Part shown: in pieces, positions 12,401 to 27,400 of the stretch | Layout: every line of letters begins with the position of its first letter | Numbering within the stretch: the stretch's first letter is position 1 | From: Phoronis australis | Taxonomy: Eukaryota > Animalia > Phoronida | DNA length: 64,000 nucleotides | Reading direction: 5' to 3' | Assembly: GCA_002633005.1 (NCBI GenBank) | Contig: NMRA01000170.1 | Coordinates: forward strand, 436,318 to 500,317 | Program-made: the position numbers and the translations under genes | Notes under the pieces: model-generated | Databases searched by the model: none | What the model saw: only the letters and a program-made list of their open reading frames with translations | What the model was told of the DNA's origin: nothing

Positions 12401-15400
12401 GCACATATCCTATTCAGGCCCGTAGCCAGCATTGAGCGGGGAATGGTTCGAATTTCAAGAATGGTGGACCTTTTAATATTTTGCAAATGTCGACACTGTA
12501 GAAATTTCAGTAAGGCCTTTGACTCAGCTTAATTAGGGGGAAGAGAACATTGTCGCATTATCTCCTGACAAAGTTTCAAATCAGCCATGCTTAAATGAGT
12601 GATTACACCTCATTGCATACTCAAGCGGAAATATGAAGTTTAGTCGGCAAATGACTTAACAAAATTGTTTATCTGGTTGTATTTTAGCGTGCTATTTAAG
12701 TTGCTTACATCGCTAGAAATGGGAACATTCCTCTATTTTGAAGGTTTACTACTCGGAAGCTTCACTATTCCGAAGGTTCACTACTTAGACAATTCACCAC
12801 TCCGAAGATTCACCGCTCCAAAAATATCCAAACATTCAAACTCAGATGTGATTTTTAAACTTTTACATGCAAAAATAAACGATATTTCGGTAAGTAGATG
12901 CATCTACACCGAAAACAACACCCGGGCATTAAAACACCTTGGGTTTTATGTAGACAGTGACCACCGTCTCCAGCTGGCCAGCACAACTAGAAACGGTAGT
13001 CAGATTTCATGTGCATGCGAAATTGCCCACATGTCTTAAAATGAGTATGTACTTGCATTTTAAAATGATATGAAATACGAATACTGATGAATTATTAACC
13101 ATTACACAATTCATCAAATCCATGTCAAGATGGAATCGCAGCGCGACGCACATGGCCAGGTCGAAACTAAACGAAGTTAGTAGGCCACCCTATCCCTGCC
13201 ACTTCTCACGAAATCAGGGAGTGCCATTTAGTCTTCTTAAATTTGAAAACAGCGTTGGTCGCCGACTTCATTGTTCTTGACGCATCTCTGGAGTTCTCTG
13301 TGGGCTCGGTTTATGATAAAGATGGAGAATGCCCAAAACTGATCAGTTTTGCCAAATTTGCCATTAATCACTGTGTGAAATGATGGTAGTTGGCGCGCAT
13401 ACATAACGGAGATGACAGCAAAAGACGTCATCTGATATCGATTGTTATTCATTTTAACAGTTGCATTAAATGACTCGTCCGAAAACAGAGGGACGCAGCT
13501 TAGACTGGTAAAACAGGACAACGATAAATCGAAATTCGTGCAAACACAATATGCTATCCGTCTTGGAAAGGTTTTTATGTTTTGTTTTTAGTAGTGAATC
13601 ATGTGGAGTATTCTGCTGTTTTCTCGTGGAGGTCGTGAGGTCGTTACAACATCAGGTGCGATGTTTCTGGTTTTCATGCCCTGAGGTAAACTTACAGACA
13701 AAAATCATTCACCTTGTGTGGTAACCTATGTCATGTGGTCTAAGTGGCTTTATTAAAAATCAAATTGCCTGGTTCCTCAATGTGATGCATATTCGTTGTG
13801 AATGGGACTCTTTATTTGTCTGATTGGGGCATCTTACTGCGGTGCCACGTGCAGTGATGCTGAACATCAGATGATTGGTTTCAAACGGTTACCTGGTGCC
13901 GGTGGGTTGATTTAACTCAACTCAGGTACTTGGACGTGTCTGGCGGGGATAACCCACCACTAGATTTGTCTGGCAGTATTTATTCTTGATACCTGGGTTT
14001 ACGGCGTATATTTTTCAACTGGTTTCATGCGGTTACCTCTTGGGTTGATCTAGCTCAACATAGGTGTGTGGGCGTGTCTGACAGGGATAACCCACCACTA
14101 CATTTGTCTGGCAGTATTTATTCTTGATACCTGGGATTACGGCGTATATTTTTCAACTGGTTTCATGCGGTTACCTCTTGGGTTGATCTAGCTCAACTCG
14201 GGTATTTGGGCGTGTCTGGCGGGGCTAACCCATGACTAAATTTGTTTGGCAGTGTTCATTCGTGACACTTGTGCTCACGGTGAATATTTTGCAACTGGTT
14301 TCACGCGGTTACCTCTTGGATTGATCTAGCTCAATTTTTTACCATGTTTATAACCGTCTCGCTAATACTCCCCACCACTGAAATTGTCTGGCAGTGATCA
14401 ATTTTGATACAGTAGATTACGTGGTAGGTATCCAAGGCAGTTTGAAGTGGTTACCAGAAAAATTGATCTAGCTCAATTTTTGAGTGCCATTCTCTTGGCT
14501 CCCCTGATCACACCCACCAGAGCGAACCTACCAGACAGCCATTTCCAAGCATCAGGATACCCATAGAGCACTGTGGTACCAAAGAAAATAGGTTACCTTT
14601 TCATGCCCAAAAAAGCTCTGGGATCCCAGTCTATACAGGACTACGTTTTGTTGCCTGGCAATGTTTTTATTTGTCGTCAGTTGATATGTCATGTGGTTTA
14701 TTAAATCTGTCTCAAAAGCAAATGAATGAGATTTTACCTCATTGCCATTTGCTTGTACTGAAGCTGAAAAGGCATGTTATTTGATGAAAGAGGATATTTT
14801 GGGATGCTGGTATAATTTGTAACTTCTCAGCATTGCTGTCATATTAATGATTACATGTTCAATTTGACTGCATTTTTGCAACATTGGCACAGTTTTATTG
14901 TGATGGTCATATATTCCACTGTACATGAACTTTTTCCCGTTAGTAACAAATTTTTTCTCAGACTACCATTTTGATATCAATTAGTAAAATATATATTCAA
15001 GTCATATTTTACATATAAAGAATAAAATGCCTATTTCAAAATAGATCATGTCTTTATTTTGGCAGATGGCCCCTACATTTTTCTTGAAGGTCATACATTT
15101 TTTCTTGAAGGTCAAATACACTCTCCAATCCTGTGGGAACCTTGGGTACTGTATTTTCTTTTGAAGATAGTATTCATTCAAGTGCAACAGTTTGGGTGTA
15201 TAAAATAAAGTTTTCAGTGAACTAAATGATTTCAGACAGAATAAAACAATGCACTTGACATTTTAGTGGCAAAATGTCATTATTTAAATTGCCTAGCTGA
15301 TCAGCACACAACCTCTACCAACTCATTTCAGTATAGCGGAGGACTTCCACAATCACAGCCAGAGTGCACTTGCTGACCTGGACCATCACCTTGGCAACCC

Positions 15401-18400
15401 AGTAAATTCCTACCTCCTTATCAAAAGATTTACGCGGGACTGGGCTCAAGTAGAAAGTCTCATTCGCGATGGTCCAGTTGTTGGTAATGTATAGTATTCT
15501 TTTACTATCATATCAATACTTTTAGTATCGTACTCTTTCACTTTCGCATTACAAGAGGTTTCAGGAACTTAAATATCCAAAACATCCGAGATTTGAGTCC
15601 CACTTGTTCATATTCTTTATTGACACAAAACTGCACTACGTCATCATGATGTGCTGAAATTGACGATGCTCACACCTACTCTTAGCCAGTCACCTAGCTG
15701 TAGACTAACTTCAAAATATACCTAAGGAACGATGCCTGTCAATTTTAAGTTTGTTTCAGATTTCATTCTGCCTCCCACATTGTTCCAATGTGTGTGTGTG
15801 TGTGCGTGCGTGCGTGTTAGTCGTACAGTTTGGCTTCAAGACTAACCTGTTCCGAGTCATATCTTGGTACGCCGTAGGCGAATACGTAGTTGTCTCTTCA
15901 GTTCAGTAATTGAGATGTAGCCCAAGGTTGTGTTCCATAGGCCCACTGAATATGTTTGCAGCACTTGTGATAAAAGTTCTTGATTTATACCACAGCAATA
16001 GTGAGTTCTGTCTCATAATTTATGAATTCTTTCATTTCCCATAATTCAACATTCCAGCTTGACCAGCCAATCATTTCATCGGCCACCATTTGGTTAGGAT
16101 AGGCCAGGAAGCATGCTACTGAAACACACTTGATATTGAGGTCTTGAGACAGCTTGTTTTTTTCAATACATACTTGGTCTAAAAATGCTAACCAGGTCTC
16201 TCCCGTATGAACCCTTCGGTACCCTTTAACTCTGTTACTACTTAGTCCAAAAATGCACCTTATCTTTCCTAATTAACCCAAAAACACTCATCTCATTTGT
16301 ATTCATTATTCAGTACTATGCACAGCTTAGTATCATAATTATTTATTATGAACATTGTGTATTCACCAAATTTTGTTACATCTTTGTATGCGTACAGATT
16401 GATCTGAAATCTGCATGTAGAATTTCATAAATTGCAGAAATACAGTGGCTCACAATGTTTAATGAGCTCATTCATGATAATTTTTGAACAAATGAAAATG
16501 TTTGAATATTGAACTGTATCGGCCATCTCCAGATCTGTTGACCACCATCGACCAGAGGCGTAAGAACTTCCCCACTGAAGATGACTTAAAGGGTGCTGCC
16601 GCTGCCCTACTACGGCTCCAAGATACGTACCAATTACCAGCAGAGAAGATTGCCAATGGTGACCTACAGGGGGTCCAGATACACACGAAGCTATCTGGTA
16701 TGTGTACTTGTGGTCTCTTGAAAATGACATGTATGTAATAAGCAACGCTTTCGCCGAAGCATTCTTTAGTTGATTGCACTTGTTTTATTCTACCATGCTC
16801 AATGTTTGATTGTTAATTAAAGTTTTAGCACTAATGGAAATGTTATTGTCTGTTTTAAATAGATTTTGCTGCTGGCCAGTATTTACAATTTACGTCATCT
16901 TAGTATTGCCCGAAATCCAGAGTGCCATGCTACGTAGCAACTCTGTAATATGTGCCACAACAGCGCCATCTTTTGAAACGGTTAACTGTATCTCAAGAGA
17001 CATGTTGCCTGAGGCCCACTGCCATAAACCTGTAGCCAAAAGTGGGCCTTCCATCAAAAAATGTAAGACCACTTACTGCTTTGAAATTTGCCTCATTTCT
17101 TTCCTTGCTAAAAGTGCAACTGTACTGTTTTCTGGGCTTTTGATAACACTTGCTGTATAAGTTGGCTTATCATGGCATGTGCCGAGCATGGTCTCAACCA
17201 AACTTAATAATTTCAGATTTGTTTTTACGGCTTGTAAAATAATGACTTGTTAAGGACTAGGTTTTATTTTACTTGAACTTTCCGTATTTTTTTCCTGCAT
17301 TTAATGATCATATATATTTAATGTCGCAATGCATGTGGAGTGCATGCAGTCATTAACAATAGATTAAATGTCTAACACTTGTGCATGACCAAGTGTACTT
17401 TTGGTTTTGCACTGTTCAGTAGATACAGAGTGTGAGAGTAGTTGGGTCGCCCTTAATGTTGAGAACGACTGACGAACTACAAAGTATGTCTTTGGATTAA
17501 TAAAGATTACAGCGTTTTTATTAAGGAACATGACTATTGTAATGTCGCTTGATTAAATGTAACCACCTGTTCAGTACACTGTTGTCAGCTTAAATTATAA
17601 ACAGGGCGAGTGCGATGGGAGGGGCTCATTTCTGTGAGCACGCGTGTTATGTGAACCCTGGGTAACTGCATACCCTGGAAGATTTGTAGTCTAAGGGTTT
17701 GGTGAGCTTTCAAATTAGAATCAACATTACTGGATATATCTACAAGAGATAACTCCTGCAGGTCTACTGAGGTTCACCCTGATGCGGAATTTTTCGAGAT
17801 TGTTTTGAATGTATGGCTCATGTATGGAAAACGTGTTCAAGATGTAATTATTTTCACAATTTTTGTTGCTTAAAATGAGTCTTGAAATATGTGAAGTTGG
17901 TTTCTTGCCAACAGAGGCATTGTTCAAGGTCTCTTACAGCAACTTTGTTATCATCAGAGTGAATCTTCACTTATGCAACATGTTTTAAAGTTCACGGCTA
18001 AATGAGCCGCTGCAGTCAGAAATACATGTTTCCAAAATAACCCCCCTCTTTTTATGTGGAAACAACTTTCTAAAAGTGGTTTGTGTTTTCCCAGCAATAG
18101 TCATGAGTGATGCGCAATATATTTCACGTGTCTAACCGATCTGTGAACCAGTGATTTATACCCCAAAATTAAGCTGACTGTTGAAACACCATTACTCTTG
18201 TCGTGATTTCTTTTCAAACTCTGCTTTAAGGCTTTTATACCAAAATGGCGGAATGGCATACTTGGTTCTAGTGTGTACCTCACTCATTTTGGGACCTGCC
18301 CCTAACTGTTTAAATAATAAATAAGCATCTGCTTACATCACTTTTTTCAAAGTTACACATGGCTTGACAACTTAACGATAACCCAACCTCCGTGGTCAAC

Positions 18401-21400
18401 TGCTCCCCACCCGTTGACGTTGGTAAGCACTGCCAATCGCTTGTCACTGGACCACTGAAAATGGAAATAAAATCACGCACCACTTCAGTTGTTGTTGGGT
18501 GACCTTCCTTGAGAAAATGTATGAGTAAAAAAGACCGTATCACCTCATCAATTCCCCAAGAAACACAAACCAAAACCAGTTGTTATTTGGCCAAGGCATT
18601 AACTCACATCTTGTAGGCTTTAATCTGTTAACAGCTATGTCTGTTGCATGCTTTAGCTGTGGAGTGTTACGAGATAGGCAGGTCAGCATACATTACCGGC
18701 GACTACTATCATACAATACTGTGGATGGAAGAATCGCTCGACCGCATCCGGGATGAGGTGAATCGTACTGTTGACGAGGCAGACATTCTTGATCATCTGT
18801 CCTACTCAAATTTCCAGGTGAGACATTGGTGATTGTCAAGGTATGGTAGAAGTAAGACACGGATTCAATACGATGACTATATGCGACCACGTGGATGGTG
18901 TCATGTTGTGAACTGTTGTGTTTATGCACTCGGGTTCATAGGGGCATGGAGTAAATGTCAAAAACAACAGATACTCTACTTTTTTCAGTGAAATGCTATC
19001 TTGTTATTATTTTTGGTGCAAGTTGTTAGGTACTGAAAAGGTTTCCGACAGTTGTCTGGTGACAAATTTTTAATACTGCTTAAGACACACAGATTCCATG
19101 GCTGTTGCTTCGTGATTTCGTATCCTGGCTAATTTTTCAAGATATCTATGACTTTTTGGTTGTACCCAATAGGATTTTTTGTCAGGTGTAGTCAAAACGA
19201 TGCCAGGCCGTGAAGCTGTGACGTTGTAGTAAAACATCCCCATAAATTTTTTTGTTGTTTACTCATGTTAATCCTGCTGCTTTTGTGGTTGGAATGAATT
19301 TTCCTGCTCGTTGGACTGGCAAGGTAGGTCAGTGTGTTTAGATAAGTCTAGTCTCTCTGTCAAATCTTACTCTATTGTTGATAACGGTCAAACTCTGTCA
19401 GTGATTGGCTAAGGTAAGTTGCATGAGCATGGATCCTGGATGCGCAGCACTTCATAACGCCTGGACGCTTGAGAACAGACCCTGATGTTCTTGGAAAACT
19501 AGGTTTGCCTATGTCGGACTACTTTTATAGCGGAGGAGTGTTACGAGCTTGGACGGTTCGCCTATACGAATAAAGACTACTATCATACCATATTGTGGAT
19601 GGAAGAGGCGCTGGATAAATTCGAGAAGGAGGTCAACAAAACAGCAAATAAAGGCAACATTGTTGATCATCTGGCCTATGCGCATTCAGTGGTAAGCACA
19701 ATAAAGGTCCTTAGGCATTCACGGATGATAGGGTCAAAAGATGCAGTACGATGGCTGGCATTTTTCAGCAGGTGACGGAACAGATCTCTAGGATGCTTAA
19801 GTCTCGGTATTTGCTGCACGATATAAGCTGAGTGTGGTTTTTCAGTTTGGATTATTTTTACTTCTTTTTCACCTCCTTATCTTTCCCTAAGTGAGCTCCT
19901 CAAAACACAACACAATTATTCTACCTGTGGTTGTTGTCTATGTGCTCTGTTTATCTTTAAAATATTGTTCAAGACTGAAACTATTTCGGTAGTAATAGTA
20001 ACTTAGTTAACTAGCGGTAGTCATGGTTCACCTCAGTGCGTAGTGTTGATGTTAGGTCACCAGATCCGTTCACACCCTCCACGCACTCGTGTATAACAAA
20101 AAATACACATTGGTTTGCTTACTATATTGCATTTATGCTGAATTTGTGCTTGTGTAATTTTCATCATCAGGGCGCTTTGTTTTGAATTAAGGACTAATGT
20201 ACTAGGTATATAATTGTTATGCACCCACATATTTATATGTGGTCGCATTATGCCATCATCTTTGTCCCTCCATCCGGGCGGCGTCTGTCCAGCGTCCGTC
20301 GTCCGCTGCTCTATCTCCAAAACCGGTTGACGTATGTTTATGAAATTTTGCACGTGTTCCTTTCATGGATGGGACAGCATGAGCAAAGTTTCAGACGGAT
20401 CCAACTACCAGTGTGCCCCCTTGTGGCAATTTTAGTTTTTTACGTTTACCTCTGTATCTTCAAGGTCCTCAACATATTTTCACAAAATTTGGTATATAGG
20501 CATTTGTTGGTGAATGTGACTTCAGCTACCTACAACTATTGGACTGTTCTGACTACTGTTGCACCCCCTAGAGGCAATTTTAGTTTTTAAGTTAATTTGC
20601 ATCTGTAACTTTACAGTTCTTTGACAGTTTTTATTGAAATGTGACAAACAAGTTTATGTTATGATGGTGATCTATTCATTTTGGAATGGATTTGACGTAT
20701 TCTGTGCCACTTAGTATCCATTTTTGATACTAAGAAACACCCTTGAAGCAAACTGTTTGTATTGCTGTCGTGCGCGCATTTCAGCACTCTGCATTGCTCT
20801 TGTGTTTTGTTTTTCTTGCGTCCACGGCTGTATCTCGTTAACTCCTTGAAAGGTCTTGTGTGAAATGTGGTAGATATGTCCTTATAGAGATGATAATGGA
20901 TGAGAACGAGTTTCAGACCACAGGTGTACCCCTAGTGGCAGTTTTAGTTTTTTACGTTTGCCTCTGTATGTTCTTTGATGTATGTTTCTGAAATTTGGCA
21001 AATAGGTCTCTAGTAAGGCGACAAATATGCCTTTCTATTTTTGGACAGGTCCAACGTCACCTAGTGGTCATTTTTATAGTCTTTAGTTTGTTTTTGAGCG
21101 TCTGCCAAACTGCTCAAAAGATCATTATGAATCGTAGCAGTTGTGTTCTTGGTGAGAAGACCATGGCTGACATTGATTTTTGGACGGATCTGACACCCGT
21201 GGCGTGCTCTTGGGGTGATTTTTCATTTTTTGAGACCATGGCTATAGCTCCTTGATTCCTTTACATGATGTTTGTGAGCTTTTGTATGTGTTTTCCTGTA
21301 GATGTGACAGTGGATCTCCATGACGTTTTGGAGGGCTCTAGCTGACTACCACTATGCCCCCCCCCCCGGTAGCAATTTCATTTTACCTTTACCTCTATGT

Positions 21401-24400
21401 CTCTTCTGAGTTCCTTGATGTTTTTAATGAAATTTGGAGACAGGTGTCTATTATAACAATGGCAGCATCTTTACAATTTGTTGAATTTGACATATTCTGC
21501 GCCACCTAATGGCCATGTTAATTATTTCTGAGTCTGCTTTTTGCCGCTTGCTTCTGTATCTGCCAAACCGCTCAGAGGACCATTATGAAAATTTGCAGAT
21601 ATGTTACTGCTGACATGGGAATGACTTGCATAGATTTTTAGATGGGTCCAACGTAACTTTGGTGCTACCTAGTGACATTATTTTGGCATCTGCGTCCCTT
21701 GCAAGATCGCAATTTGTCAGGTCTATTCGTATTGACATCAGATGGATGGATTTGACTCCTGCTATTCCCTATAATGGCAATTTGTTTTTTTACGTCTGCC
21801 TCAGTCTGTATATCTGGAGTTCCTTGGTAGATTTTCATGAAATTTGACAAACAGTTTTGTAATAGAAAGATGACAAGCTTTTTCCCCGTGTATTCTCCAC
21901 GAAAGTTGCAGGTCAGCTAACCAAAACCCACAGGACACCTGACCGTGAAAGTCAACAATACGGGTGTTATGTGTCGCTAGTCAACAAATGTGACATCCCT
22001 CTACTGCTAAAGTGAACCTTGACTGGTATTTCAAGTCAACAAAAGTCAAAATTTAGGTGGAAGCAAGTCTAATTCCTAATAGTCACTTGCACTCATAACA
22101 CTTCTAAAGCCCACAGCTCCTCTACTTTTTTCCAAAGAGCTCCCTTGGGGCTTTTTGTAAATGCAAAACACTTCGGAGAAAATTAGAATTTCCAAATTTT
22201 GGGAAATCCCTGGCAATAGTTGCCAGTTCCCTCCAATCTGTTGCTTTAAATAAACATACTGTCATTTGAAATGCGGGTACTGAAAGTAATTGCCTTCTTT
22301 AATATTCAGCTGTTCATATATTAATTAAGATGTTGGTATTATAAAATAAATTTTCGAATGTTGTAATAAAGCTTTCATAGAAGATGGTGGTAATAAAGAA
22401 GTCATGATATGAAATTGCTTAGTAAATTAATTTTTCTGATTTAAATGGAACGCAATTGCTTTGGATGCTATGTTTATTGATATGAATGGTCCAGTGAAAA
22501 GTCTGCATTCACTTGTATTGAGCAAACACAATGTCCTACAAGTTACTGAACACAGTCTGTGTTGGGTAATTTGTATTTGTTCCATGAATTAGTGAATGCA
22601 GAACTAAGATGCTGGTATTTAGCTGAGCAGCAGGAGTTCATCGGGGATTTCAAAAGTAGAGTTTCCAAAATGGGTTTCCCAATTTTCAGGGCATCTATCA
22701 CCAATGACCAGTGACTATTAAGCTTTTATGATGTCGAGTCAAACTGCTGTTATAGTGTAGTATCTTACTGTGGTGACATGGTTGGGCACTGAAAGTTTTT
22801 GTGTCTTACATTACTTCTATTCTCGACTGGCCAATGAGTCCTCAGAGCTGGTGCTAGCGTGTTCAGAGACACTCGTGCTTTTGCTGACTTTACTTGGGTG
22901 TCCAAATGCTGAACAGGATGTCCTAGCTTAGATGTCTGAATTTGAACCAAGGTGTGTATTTGGGTCCCCTAGACACTCTGTAGCTGAAGGCTTCATTGCT
23001 GAGCAGTTGGTGTGTTTTATTTTTTGTTCATTGAGTAGCAAGTACATACCAATGGAACTATTAAACGGACAATTTCCGTCCGAGAAAACAAATAATTTTT
23101 ATTTTGTTCCCTTTAATGATCAGTATTTCGTAAAGAGTATTTTTTCTTTACAGCAAGGAAATGTTAGAAAGGCTCTGGTTTTGACCGATGAGCTCCTAAC
23201 TCTTGGTAAGTGGCACTGTTCATGTTATGACAACATCGAATAGTTTATTTAAGGTTATGTGGGACCTAATCGACAAAACTACATGTGCCCAAAGAACTAT
23301 AGACTTTTACTCAGTAAGAGTATACGTTCTATGCTAGTAGAAATTCCATAGAATTTGATTTCTGGCTTCATAACTTTTTGCCATTGAGTCATTTGATCTT
23401 ACTTTTTAGTGAAATTTAGTAAAAAAATTAATGGTTCATTCTTAGCATAACAACAGGATCGATAACATTTACCAAATTTTGTGTGAATTGCTATTAATGT
23501 TCAAGATAAAATTATGAAAGCACTGCTACTAGAAGTTTTCTAAGTGATTGTTTCATTTTCATTTTATGCAACTTTAAAGTTTTTTTTCTGTTTTCATAAA
23601 AGTCATACAAGTCCTTTTTTGATAGCCCTTCATGCAAAAGTGGAACATTTAAAGACAATTGCTAACAGCTTTTTAGAGAACTGTGCATAAAGCATAGTAC
23701 TTGAATGTTTGTTCTTGATCCAATAAACAATTTTGAGATATAATGTTCCAATATTTGGTAAAAAATTGGAATTTTTCTAGGGTCCTACATAACGTTAATA
23801 ACCTGTATGTTGTCCAATTGCTCACGCTAATTAATAAATGTATTATGTTCTCACTCAATGTAAGGCACTTTTATCTTGGATTTGATTATCAGTGACAGTT
23901 TTGTGTTTGTATAATTTGTTATATTGCAATGATGGTGACTATGAATGTTTGTGTTGTAATAATTGCTGCTAAGAAAGCATCTTTTGTGTGGGCCCCATAA
24001 TGCAATATTGACTGAATTGTATATAGGGCTTCAGGGAGTATACACTAGACATTTACACATAAGCCGTTATCACTGATCTGAATGGACTTTTCCAAGTGTG
24101 GGTCATGAAACAAGGCAATTAGGTCTGATCAGTTTGTGGAACTGCCGACAGACAATCAAATCAGCTGATATAAATTACTGCTATCTCCCACAAAACTTGG
24201 CCAATTTTTGTGGGGAAAAAGCTCTTTTCCCAAACTTTTTGAGGAATTCAAATGGGGGCTTTGTTTCCATCCACAAATAAGGCGAAAAAAGAATTCAAAC
24301 ATTTTAATTGTTTGTTCTACTCATATCTTAATGTTGTCGTATGAAAGTACAATATAGTGTAATCTAAGGGAAGGACTTGTGGTTTTCTGACCATCCAGAG

Positions 24401-27400
24401 TTGCTTGCCTGCCAACTCCAGACCGACCATCAGTGCAATGTAATGCTATGCAATTTCTAAATTTGCGTGTGGATGATAGGTAGAGTTGTAATTTTTCTGT
24501 CATTCGTGGATAGCTAGCGACGTTGGAATTCTTGTGTGAATCACTTGGATTTCCCACTGCACAACAGTGGCAATTTAACGACCGGACATGGCAGTTGAAC
24601 AAAAAATCATAAAAATGGTGGGAATTTTACAGAGTTAGGAGCGCAGAATGCTGTCCACCGACTATTCTGCCACCATCGAGTGACAAGACATTTATCATAA
24701 CATTGCTGCTGGATCATGAAGTGTCTATTGAGGACAGTTTGGCTGTGGATTTTGTTTGCTTTGTACCCAGTTTTGACGCAACTGACTTGGCCTTGTATAT
24801 GCACTTCTTAATTTTTAGTATTTTCTGTGTGTCTTTTGATTACTAAAAGCAGGAAGAGATAACCAGGAAGGGACAACTAGCTAAACCGCCGTTTTTGGCC
24901 TCCTTCCCCGGACTAATTTCAGGACTTAAGTTTCGTTTAAAAGGAAACAGATGATTTTATCAGAGAGATTTAAGCTTTTTCTATAGAAGGATATCAAAAA
25001 ACTCGCTTTTCAACCTTAAACAGTGGTGTAATTGTACTTTGAAAATATCGACTTCAGCGCACGCAATCGCAATTTCCCACACGCAGTCACGGGTATTTAA
25101 GCTTTTCCGTCGATGTATAGATGGCGCAGTAGTCAAGTACTACCTCATTTGCATATCAAATTTGGATGTGGGAGTTCTGTAACCTGGTTCCCGGGCCTCA
25201 CAAGATGACGTCACGGATAACTCGTGGGTCTGTGTAGGAGACTAGGAGTTCTGAGACTCCCGTCAGTTTAGTTGTTGTCGACCGCTTGAGTGCATAAAGC
25301 GGTGACCTCCCGCTGAGAGCACGCGCTGATGAAGATACCACAGCTAACTCGATCGCTTCGCAATCAGGAGGTGAAAACACTCTCATGACCGCAGTTCTGA
25401 ATTCCAGCTAAGCAAGCCCTATTTCGAGGAGCGGATTTGAATTGTTTTCGTCCCCAGACTGTGGATTGCAGAGAAGATTAGAATGAGGTCAACATTGAAC
25501 TTTCTGCGGCTACCTATCGTGTTGANATTTGACAAACAGTTTTGTTATAGAAAGACGACGAGCTTTTTCCACGTGTATTCTCCACGAAAGTTGCAGGTCA
25601 AGTAACCGAAACCCACTCGACACCTGACCGTGAAAGTCAACAATACAGGTGTTATGTGTCGCTAGTCAACAAATGTGACATGCCTCTACTGCTAAAGTGA
25701 ATCTTGACTGGTATTTCAAGTCAACAAAAGTCAACATTTAGGTGGAAGCAAGTCTAATTCCTAATAGTCACTTGCACTCATAACACTTCTAAAGCCCACA
25801 GCTCCGCTACTTTTTTCCCAAAGAGCTCCCTTGGGGCTTTTTGTGAATGCAAAACACTTCGGGGAAAATTAGAATTTCCAAATTTTGGGAAATCCCCGGC
25901 AATAGTTGCCAGTTCCCTCCAATTTGTTGCTTTAAGTAAACATACTGTCATTTGAAATGCGGGTACTGAAGGTAATTGACCTTTTTTAATATTCAGCAGT
26001 TCATATATTAATTAAGATGTTGGTATTATAAAATAAATTGTCGACTGTTGTAATAAACCTTTCACAGAAGATGGTGGTAATAAAGAAATCGTGATATGAA
26101 ATTGCTTAGTAAATTAATTTTTCTGATTTAAATGGAATGCAATTGCTTTTGATACTACGTGTATTGATATGAATGGTCCAGTGAAAAGTCTGCGAACACA
26201 ATGTCCTACAGGTTACTGAACAGTCTGTGTTGGGTAATTTGTGAATTAGTGAATGCAGAACTAAGATGCTGCTATTTAGCTGAGCAGCAGGAGTTCATCG
26301 AGGATTTCAAAAGTAGAGTTTCCAAAATGGGTTTCCCAATTTTTCAGGGCATCTATCACCAATGACCAGTGACTAGTAAGCTTTTATGACTTCGAGTCAA
26401 ACTGCTGTTACAGTGTAGTATCTAACTGTGGCGACATGGTTGGGCACTGAAAGTTTTTGGGTCTTACATTACTTCTATTCTCGACTGGCCAATGAGTCCT
26501 CAGAGCTGGTGCAAGCATGTTCAGAGACACTCGTGCTTTTGCTGACTTTACTTGGGTGTCCAAATGCTGAACAGGATGTCCTAGCTTAGATGTCTAAATT
26601 TGAACCAGGGTGTGTATGTGGCTTCCCTATACACTCTGTAGCTGAAGGCCTCATTGCTGAGCGGTTTGCGTGTTTTATTTTTTGTTCGTTGAGTAGCAAG
26701 TACATACCAATGGAACTATTAAACGGAGAATTTCCGTCCAAGAAAACCAATAATCTTTATTTTGTTCCCTTTAATTATGAGTATTCTGTATAGAGTGTTT
26801 TTTCTTTACAGCAAGGAAATGTTAGAAAGGCTCTCGTTTTGACTGATGAGCTCCTAGCTATTGGTAAGTGGCTCTATTCATGTTATGACAACATTGAATA
26901 GTTTATTTAAGGTTTTGTGAGACCTGATCGACAAAACTATATGTGCCCAAAGAACTATAGAATTTACTCAGTAAGAGTATACGTTCTATGCTAGTAGAAA
27001 TTCCGTAGAATTTAATTTTTTGCTTCATACCTTTTTGCCATTGGGTCATTTGATCTTACTTTTTAGTGAAATTTAGTAAAAAATGAATGGTTCATTCTTA
27101 GCATAACAACAGGATCGATAACATAACCAAATTTTGTGTGAATTTCCATTAATGTTCAAGATAAAATTACGAAAGCACTGCTACTAGAAGTTTTCTAAGT
27201 GATTGTTTCATTTTCATTTTATGCAACTTTCAAGTTTTTTTCTGTTTTTGATAGCCCTTCATGCAGAAGTGGAACATTTTAATGGCAATTGCTAACAGCT
27301 TTTTAGAGAACGGTGCATAAAGCATAGTACTTGAATTTTGAGTTATAATGTTCCAATATTTGGAAAAAAATTGGAATTTTTCTAGGGTCCTACATAACGT

